A stretch of DNA of 64,000 nt from Psammoneis japonica (lineage: Eukaryota). This document shows, piece by piece, positions 54,880 through 64,000 of the stretch. A model generated the notes under the pieces. That model did no database searches. It was not told where the DNA came from and worked only from the letters and a program-made list of their open reading frames with translations. The stretch's first letter is position 1, and every line of letters begins with the position of its first letter. A program made the translations under genes and the position numbers. The DNA is taken from contig QPGO01000005.1 in the NCBI GenBank assembly GCA_008632985.1, positions 1,013,607 through 1,077,606 of the forward strand, read 5' to 3'.

Positions 54880-57680
54880 CTCCATTGCCAGCTGTGCCGG
54901 AGCCAGCCAACCCACACTTCCAGTGCACCAAACTGGTGCGGCAGAAGAGGAGCAAGGGCTGGCCGGTCGGGGCGTCACCTGGTGGTGACACCATTCCAAA
55001 ATGACAGCAATGTGCCTCACTGCATGCACCACACGGGGGGGGCCAGAATGTGGTCATGCCGTCCTCGCTCAAAGATCCCCACAGAAGCAGGTTTGTTTGA
55101 AGAAGATGTGAGGAGTGCAGGCATTTTGGCTGATGCTGCTGAGCTCCATTGGAGTCGAAGACTTCGCTGTCACAAATTTTCCTCCTTTTCCACAAATGGG
55201 TCAACACAGGCCACATCAACAATCTGCTCTTTCCTCTCTTCAACAATTTCAAGATCTCCTGCCTCCCGCCACACTCTTCTTCCCAAAAGGAAGTGCCCAC
55301 CTGACACACAACTTCTGATTCCTTCCTTGCTGTGTGATGATGTGAGGCAGTGATTTGGTCAGAGTTTGTTCCTTGAAAAGGTGCTTCTCCAACATTTTTT
55401 TGTGAAAGGCACAGCACCTGATCAGCTTTCTTTGTGAAGTGCTCCAATGTCAAAAACTGCCCACTCAGGAGCTGCCCCAGAGGAGCTCCCCTCCAACAGT
55501 GTGCCTTGACCCAAAAATGCTTTCGTTTGCAAGAGTTTGCTTTGGCAGATGGCTCTTCTGATGGAAAAAAGTTGCCAATCACTTTCCTTTGTGAGAGCAT
55601 TCCTTGGTGGGGAGCTCTTCTTGCACTTCTCTAGAATCTGCCTCGGCAAGGATCTCGTCTGATGGCACAAAACAGCGGCTGTGTTCTTTTCTCCACATGA
55701 GTCTGTCTTGGTGTTGAGCCCCTCAGATGGCTGGAACAAGCTTTGACATGCCTTCGCATGCCTCACTTTGTGTTTGGTCATGCTTTTGATGGCATCGGCT
55801 TTGCCAATTTGGTTGCCGGCAAGAGGACCTTCTGCCCCCGGGTGATGAGCCACATGATCTTCTGGACTCAGCAGTTTGGTCACATCTTCAAAAGGAACTT
55901 TGCAGTTGCTGATGCAGCATTTTTTGCTTGCAGGAAATGATCTCTCATTCACCTTCTGTTTGTGATTCTTTTTCAAGAACAACTTTGATTTGGTTGATGC
56001 ACTTTGCTTGACTTGAAGGTTCCTCCTCTTTCTGAGCTTCGTTGCATCTTGATTGCACCCCATCAGCAGCATCCTTGACCATGCAGACATGCTGTCAAGT
56101 TTCTCTGGAGGCAAAAAAAGCACTGTCAGAAGCCAGTGGATTTTGCTGAACAGTGCGCTGTTTTCTCAAAGGAACCTTGTGAGCTCAAAAACCTGGGTGA
56201 TGATCACGATCATGTGGGATGTCTTTTGCCTCTGGAGGTGGTGCAGTGATCTTGAATTGCCTTCTCTGCCGTTCATTCCAGCAAGACTGCAGAAATCCCT
56301 GAAGAATGATTTTGGCCCACCACACAATTGGCAGGAGTGAGAAGGCATGAATTCTTTTGGCTCATTGTTCTCATCCTTCAAGATGGTGTCACACCAACAG
56401 CATTCACTTGATGACATGGTCACATTTCTTTGATGACGTCTTTGCAGGTTGCTGCTTGTGACTGAAAACATGAGGTTTTTCTTGCGTGGATTTCTCTTCC
56501 CTTGACTGTTGGGGTGTGCATCGCACGGATCAACACCTGCTTGCCATTGAACGCATCATCAGTTGTGGTGCAAATGGTGTGACAATTCATGTCTCACAAA
56601 ACGCTGCTCTTGCTTCTTGATCTCTTCTCTGATCCGCACGCAGGCAATTCGATCCCCCCCCCCCCTGACAAATCTTTGGATTCGGGATTGGCAATCCGCA
56701 CGAACACATTTTCACGCTGGCAAGCAAAACTGGAGACGTGAAGATGTCTGCTGACACCACATCTTTCTGTCAAACTCCAGTGAGTGGAGTCAATCTTGCC
56801 ACACGCGGATTCCAGTCTAATCTTTTCCATTCACGCAGGCAATTCGATCCCCCCCCCCCCCCCCCTGACAAATCTTTGGATTCGGGATTGGCAATCCACA
56901 CAAATGCATTTTCGTGCTGGCAGGCAAAACCAGAGATGTGAAGACATCTGCCAATGCAATGTCTTTCTGTCAAACTCTAGAGTGAGTGGAGTCGATCTTG
57001 CCACACGCGGATTCCAGTCTGCTGCAATCTTTTCCATTCTGGCTAGAGACCCACTCTTCCTTTGCTTGTGATGCTGTTGGATTTTTTTGTTGATGTCACA
57101 GACCTGCAAAATGGGCATGATCAAGCTGGGCTTGCTCACAACGAGAAAAAGTCAGTTGCCATTCCTGCTGTTTTTGTTTCGGTTCTGAGCGTCAGTCATG
57201 GGAACAATGAGCACATCTGTGTCGATGTCAACAGTTGCATCATCGTCGACTCAGTCCTCAAAGGAGGATTCCCTGGTCTGTGATTGAATGTCTGATGTGT
57301 CATCACTGTTCAGGTCATTTCGGGTGGTCTTCAAAGCCGTTTGAAGGACACTCGCTTTGATGGCAATTTGTCATGTCCTTCAGCAGCGCCGGGATCACTG
57401 AGAATTCCTTCAGTTTTTCGTGAACAATTTCCAAGTCTTCCGATTCGCAGCTGTCAGCCAGCTGATCCGATTTGTGTGCAAAAAAGTGTTCGTTGATGCA
57501 CCAACTCATGCTCCCAAAATGAGTCTCCAAGCTTTCTGAGTTTCACACAGGTCATTTCCAACACGGGCATCAGCGATTTTGAGTGGGTTTGTGCTGGCAA
57601 TCTGCGGTGCCTGTGTCAGTTTTCATCCGCAGGTGCACACGCTGTGATGGCGAAAACTGTTGCCTCGCGCATTGACTGCA
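54880..57680. mobile_element. Unclassified TpA-depleted degenerate block
   Basis: TA depletion; Tyr-less minus-strand ORF fragments; internal ~200-bp tandem duplication. Confidence 0.45.
56637..57038. repeat. Two tandem ~200-bp units (56637-56831, 56832-57038)
   Basis: Both begin CACGCAGGCAATTCGAT-polyC-TGACAAATCTTTGGATTCGGGATTGGCAATCC. Confidence 0.9.
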
Positions 57681-58365
57681 GATTCAACGGACAGATTTAA
57701 AATTTTGCGCTACATGGTCCGTTGGAGCTCATCAGAGCTCACGAAATCTTCGTAATGCGTTGGCTCACACTCAGATCGCGCACCGTGTGCCAAAACATGT
57801 GGGCATTTGAATTCACGTGAAAGTGTACATGGTATCCTACCAGCGTTAACTCGCGGTAGTTGATCGTGTCGATATTCGGTTGTGAGTGACGAGACAGATG
57901 CAATGACCCAAATTTTCATCTGTCCTTTACAAGACCACGTGAAGGAAATTCACAATGACCGATTCAGGAAATCAACTATGACTACTCATAAATAGATTAG
58001 CGACCCCAACTCTCAATCTGAACCCCAGGACACCTTTAAGTTACTTAAGCCTATTGACGTAAATGACCGAGGTTCACAACTTTCGCAAGTCTTCTTCGCC
58101 TAAATGACTATTACCAAGTACTACGAATGAAACGTGTGTAAATGACGAATTGTTTGGGGGTTAGCGGTCGAGGCTCGCTCACAGTCATAAAAAATTCATG
58201 CACAGAAAATAAACTTTTATTAGGCATTGAATAATTACATGTTTTTGCGAACACCAAGTGAATGACTGTGCGCAACCTCCCTTCGAGTTTGCGTTTACAC
58301 ACCATGTGAAAGAAAACAAACAATCGGCATATATCTGAATCGCAATCTGTCGAAACGTCGATCTC

Positions 58366-60722
58366 ATGCACAGCACAATTGATCTACGGGAGGTCATTAC
58401 AAGCAGCAAGATGATGCCTTCATCACCAAAGCAACATGAGGCGAGTCGCCACAATACGGGTCAGCCGGATGCAGGTGATTCTTCCTCCGGTTCTGACGCC
58501 TCTCCTAGCAGGAAGCGACGAAAAGTGACGCACGATGAAAAGTTTCAAGCGATGTTTGAGCGACTTTACGAATACAAAAAGAAGCACGGTGACTGTCTGG
58601 TAAGTAGAGCGGAATGCGCTGTTTTCACCATATCGCGGATCGCGGTTTCGTGTCGTCTCGTGTCGTCATGTCATCTACAACGCATAACGAGGAAAAGCTG
58701 ATCAAATGAATTTCTTTCACTGCCACGATATGATTAGGTCCCGTATCGCTGGGCAGAAAATCCCCAGCTAGGGAAATGGGTCAATAGCCAGCGCTTATTG
58801 AACGACCAGCAGAAGCTCTCCATCGATAGAGTACGTCAGCTTGACTCCATTGGGTTTGTGTGGAGAGTGAAACAACGTTTGTTGTGGGACGAGATGTTCA
58901 ATCGTTTGCTTGCCTTTAAGGAAAAGCACGGACACTTGATGGTTCCTCAGCGATACAAGGAGGACGTGAGTTTTTTTGTTTGTTTGTTCTTGTTGTCTAC
59001 ACCACTCCATTACAAAAACAACAGCTTCGCAGTAGTCTCTAGCCTCACCCTATTTTTCTTCAGCCTCAATTGGGCAGATGGGTGGATACGCAACGTGAGA
59101 ACAAAGACCGACGCTTGACACCAGAGCACAAGAAGCGTCTGGACGACATTGGGTTTGTTTGGTCAGCCCTGAAAGAGTCATGGGACGAGATGTATGGCCG
59201 CCTTGTACGTTATGATACTTTTACGTGGGTAAACTTCTATGGCTCAGTTCATTTACTAACCGTATGGCTTTCTGCTTTGTTTTGGTGACAAAGTGCAAAT
59301 ACAAGGAAGAGCATGGTGACACGATGGTGACGCAACGCTACAGCGCTGATCCTAAATTAGGTAATTGGGTCAAGTCCATGACCGTGGACGCGATTTAGCC
59401 TGAAACACTCACTCATATACACGCTTGCTTCTTTGCTTTTTCTAGGGAAATGGGTGAAGAACCAGCGTCTACGCAGAGACTGTTTGTCAGATGAACGTGT
59501 CGCTCGTTTAGAAGAAATTGGATTTGTATGGTGCGTCCAGAAAAAGCAGCAACGAGATAACTGGGACAGCATGTACAATGCACTGAAGAAATACAAGGAG
59601 CAGCACGGAAATTGTCTAGTTCCAATCGGTTACGAGGGTAACCCCCAACTAGCTGAGTGGGTCCACTCTCACCGACAAAGCCAGGGAAGATTGACTGCGC
59701 ATCAAGTCAAGCGACTAAATGCCATCGATTTTGAGTGGGCTATCCCCGCACAACGTGACGTGGCCCAGGTTGTTTGGAACTGCATGTATGATAAACTTGC
59801 AGAATACAAGCGAAGACATGGCACTTGTGATGTTCCATCGACCACAAGCCGTGAAGATTATGCAGCATTGGCTCTATGGATCCAGACACAACGAGCTGCC
59901 AAGTTATTTGGTGGAATTTCGCCTCAGCAAATAGAACGACTGAATAATATTGGCTTTTCCTGGCAGAGCAGTCAAGACTATCTTTGGAACAACCGTCAGG
60001 TGCAGCCTCTACAACCACCTAACCCTGCAATGCAGGCTGCCATTATGCCTGGAATGTCTAATCTACCCCAAAGTCAATCTTCGGCTTGGGCCTCTGGATG
60101 GGAATCACTTTCGAATTCTGCCATTAACTCCCTGCCCGTATCCTCGGCGAGAACCGGCGGACTTGTGACGGGTTCAGCTTCACGAGCTGCTTCTGCGGAT
60201 CTCTTACCTGGAGGGACACAACTAAAGAATGCTTGTCCATGGGAGTTTCAGCCCTCGCTAGCATCCAGGGCTCCTCAGGTCAACATGCCGTCTTCTTTGC
60301 CCTTTCCTTTTCTGGGTAGAAATAGCACTGATGACCGTGTGTTTCCACGAAGGGCTGCTCAGGACAACGTTCTACTTCGCAACCTGTTAGAAAGGCAGCA
60401 GCAACAACGGCAACAACAGCCCCAACCACTGACACCACAAGCAACGTCTAATCCCAGCAACAGAACAGAGTCGTTAACTGCAGTTGCGAGGCAGCCGATA
60501 AATCCGCTACCTTCTCAGACAGCGCTGCAGAATGTGGGAACTTCCTCCCAGGCAACGCTTCAAAACCTTGCCACGCTGAACTCTCGGCCTTCCGCTCCAA
60601 CAAACGATCTATCTAGTCTATCAACTGCCGCTCTACTGGCTTTGCGAGCTCAAAGGTCCCAGGCGCAACGGTCCGAGCCACCTGGAAAACCATCAGGTCC
60701 TACCGAAGGTTCGAAACCGTGA
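58366..60722 (+). CDS. Helicase-associated (HA) domain repeat protein, multi-exon
   Basis: Repeated W..M...L..YK..HG.C.VP....L..WV..QR....L..IGF.W units split by short GT-AG introns; start codon and some splice sites uncertain. Confidence 0.85.
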
Positions 60723-61308
60723 CGTATTGTGGTAAGTGGTACCGGTAGCAACTACCAACCGGGGGTAAAACATGGGATTAATAGAAGCTTTACTTACTTG
60801 AATTAGGATTTCGCAGGTCTCATCACTGCCTGTGTACCGTTTTGCATCCATTTGCGCCTTTTCCGTCCAAAGCCATCGAGCGGAGACAGGCATGGGGCCT
60901 AGCTACCAAACAAAACGCCCCTCCGCCAAAATTCTAGGAAATTGACCTCACTATCACTACCTGTCGAGCAACTATCAAATGACAGTGTCACTCTACTCTA
61001 ATAGCACTGTAGTTGTACTGTAGGGATGATCGTTTGATCGACGAGAGGAATGAAACGTGACTCTCGAAGCATACGCGACATGGCGTATTCAATCCTCTAG
61101 AGTATGGGAATAGCCTACCGGTACGCTAGAGGCGGGCGGATAAAGTACGAAACACTGAAGGCTAATCAAATCTAAATTTCAGCTAACTGGGCTCTCCATG
61201 AATAATAGTTCGTGTTTCTCTCGTTTCGGCTTGCCCATACTTTTCGTTCCCCACTCCCCCCACACACATAATCCCGTGACCCACTTGCTCATACACACAG
61301 TTCCTAGA

Positions 61309-62495
61309 TTACTCTTCGTCGTCCTCGGCTACAGCCTCTTCCACGCCCGATCCTTCAATTTGCTTGGGGGAATCTTCTTCCTCCTCGTCATCGACGTTCC
61401 ACTGCATGAGAAGCGTGACTTCGGCAACACACCACGACGCGGTAAAGGGGGCAACGTAGTAGATCCAGTACCAACTTCCAGCCACCTCATCGCAACGATC
61501 ACCATTAGCCATGCAGGTGACCATGGATGGACCGAAAGTACGAGCCGGGTTGACGCCGCAACCAGTGAACTGTGATTAAAATGAAACACGGGGATAGCGA
61601 CGGCGTCAGCATGCACACCGCAAAGAACAAGCTCAACAATAACAGACTTCGAATACACCAACATCTCCACTTACCGGAATGAGACAAATGTGTACGATAA
61701 CGAGCGAGAAACCAATCGGAATAGGAGGAAAGAACGAATCCGCAACTCCACGCTTGTCCGTCGCCGTTTGCGAGATCACAAAATAGAAAAAGAAGGATCC
61801 GAGAAACTCCAAAAAGAAGCCTTGGTACATGAAGGACATTGATGCGCTCGGTAAGTTAGTTCACTTCTTGGAACTGTGGACGAAGAAGACAATGACTCAC
61901 ACATGAGACGACTCACCATTTCCTGTGTTCACGGCGCTATCGAGCGCGTTCGCGCCGAGGTCAAAAGGAGGGCGGTTGTAAGTTTCGCCTCCATCTTCGA
62001 CGAAATCTCCCAGCTGACTTGTGCAACCCCAGACGAGAGAGGCACCTAACAAGGCACCTAGGAACTGGGCCAGCCAGTAGCACAACATCTTCTTGAAAGA
62101 CATTTCACGCTGGAAGACCATCATCAAACTTACGCCCGGGTTCTTAAAAAACAAAAAAGTAATCAAAATGAAATCAAACCTGTTGGCAAAAAACGAAAAA
62201 TGCTCATAATTAATTTTGTTATACATACCATGTGGCCTCCAGTGATGTGCCCAATCGCGTAGACAAGCGTCAGGATACCGATGCCGAAACAGAGGGCAAT
62301 GGGAAGGACACGAGCCACATCCTCGTTAAGACCTTGACCGACGAGCTTGGTTCCAGTAGAGACCGCACTCAAACAGCCAATCCATACAAACATGGAAGTC
62401 GCCAAGAACTCCACGAGCGTATCGCGAATCAAGCGCTTACGATTGGATGTGTCATCCGGCGATCCTTCTTTGAAGAGCCTGAGAATAGTCGACAT
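61309..62495 (-). CDS. Aquaporin (MIP family), 4 exons
   Basis: EFLAT, GHITGGHM|NPG, AQFLGA, FLEFLGSF, GCGVNPARTFGPS, WIYYVAP. Confidence 0.92.
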
Positions 62496-63303
62496 GGTGG
62501 ATCTTGTTGTGGTTGATGGTGAGACTTGTTGGTTGTTTACCCGTGAAAATTTGTGTGTAGTGAGTGAGTGACCGTACAACTATCGCGGTGTCACTCGAAG
62601 CAGGTGCGCAGTGTTCTTTATTGAGTTCGCAACAAACACCTTTGTGTAGAATTATACTGGATCCTGTACTGCCTGGAGTGTACTTTCGGAAAGAAAGATC
62701 CAAGATTCGGGATTGCCTAAATTGTACGTGGCAGATATTTTTTTCGCATTTTCGATGTCACACCAATATAACGGCTTTCTTACTCGTGCTACTTTTTTGC
62801 CCTAAATGATTTTATGATTTTAATACAGATATTAGAATGAATTTAATTAAAAAATACATACAAGATTTCCTTCTTTCGCGCGCTTTTTAGTCTTGCTTTC
62901 CACAACATTTTTGAGATCATGGTATGACCTACGTATCGGGCAGTATGAATACCGGTACCGTACTCATACACCGTGACGTGATGCGCACTGAGCACATACA
63001 ACAAAGGATGAGGTCCGGTCATACATTGAAAGTTTAAGTATTGATCGTCCGAGAGCAAGACACCGCAGCACAGACCTAATTGGGAGCAGGAGCAAGAGGA
63101 GGTATGGGGAACCGGCGTCATCACATGTAGCCACTAGCCACACTTTCAGCTTGCCATGATGGGGCTGCTCAAACCGGCCAAAAGCAAGATGCGTCGCTAG
63201 AGACTCTCTCTAGAGAGAGCACTTGTACGCTGTACTCTGAATCAACGCTACGCACAAAAGCTCTCGCTCTGAGATAGTTAAAACAGTTGTTGAAACATAA
63301 TTA

Positions 63304-63940
63304 CTACTTTATCTCCATAGTCATCTTAATGTTCATACCGGCAAGCTCGTTTGCAAGATATCGATACACATAGGGTAAAACAATTGGCTCGACGCTGTCA
63401 TCATTGCCACCCTCTCTCGTTACGGCATTCTTGCACTTGGCATTACGACAATACAAACGCAGTCGCGCTTTGTGTGTGGCCTCCGCCACAGTTTGACCTG
63501 CAGACAGGACTGAGCTTCGTTCGGTGGTTGGGGAAAGCAAGTCACCGCAACGACTGCAAGCATAAGTCACGTGCTTGTCACTGCAATTCAAAAGCCGGTC
63601 ATGTAGCAAGAAGGCCGTTCCGTGACTGAGCAGTGAATCACGTTCCATCTCACCCAAACGGATACCACCGCCTTTCTTCCGGCCCTTGATGGGCTGCCGA
63701 GTCAAAGGATTCACCTGACCCGTCGCTCGGACCTGATACTTGTCGGATACCATGTGTCGGAGGCGTTGATAAAACACAACTCCGATATACAAATCAGCGT
63801 GCATCAAGCAGCCAGACACCCCGCTATAAAGCGGTTCGCTTCCATAATAGTTGTAACCTGCAGCCTGTAGCTGCTCTCCGAAATGATCAATTGCTAACTT
63901 GTCCCCCGACTCGTGGAACGAAAACGGTGTAGCATCCTTG
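63304..63940 (-). CDS. RPA2: RNA polymerase I second-largest subunit, last exon (gene continues beyond the window)
   Basis: YQRLRHMVSDKYQVR, QPIKGRKKGGGIRLGEMERDSLLSHG, LHDRL, Zn ribbon, PYVYRYLANEL. Confidence 0.92.
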
Positions 63941-64000
63941 GAAGAAAGGATTAATGAGAAGACTGTTAGCAGATGTACACATAACAGCAACAGCTATGAA

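Overview
Compact eukaryotic nuclear DNA with short GT-AG introns and ASAFAP-type plastid-targeting peptides, most consistent with a (pennate) diatom (inference). Host genes: GPALPP1-like (partial), CAF1/POP2, a sulfotransferase-like protein, TAF11-like, a PAF-acetylhydrolase-like hydrolase, a ~1760-aa plastid-targeted repeat protein, a CLC channel, QPRT/nadC, a P-IIB Ca2+-ATPase, a helicase-associated (HA) repeat protein, an aquaporin and the RPA2 3' end. Four blocks are strongly depleted of the dinucleotide TpA and rich in TG/CA: ~8.5-23.1, ~29.5-32.5, ~43.3-46.3 and ~54.9-57.7 kb. The first holds a three-level nest: a piggyBac-like DNA transposon, interrupted by a 9.6-kb tyrosine-recombinase retrotransposon with split direct repeats, itself interrupted by a 447-bp mini-LTR element carrying a tRNA-like Pol III cassette. 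Main finding: paired repeats in these blocks differ almost only by TA/TG/CA/CG transitions, and conserved Tyr codons have become His or Cys. This points to transposon-targeted TpA->TpG/CpA hypermutation, opposite in direction to fungal RIP, which spares neighbouring genes. All counts are by eye; no database searches were run.
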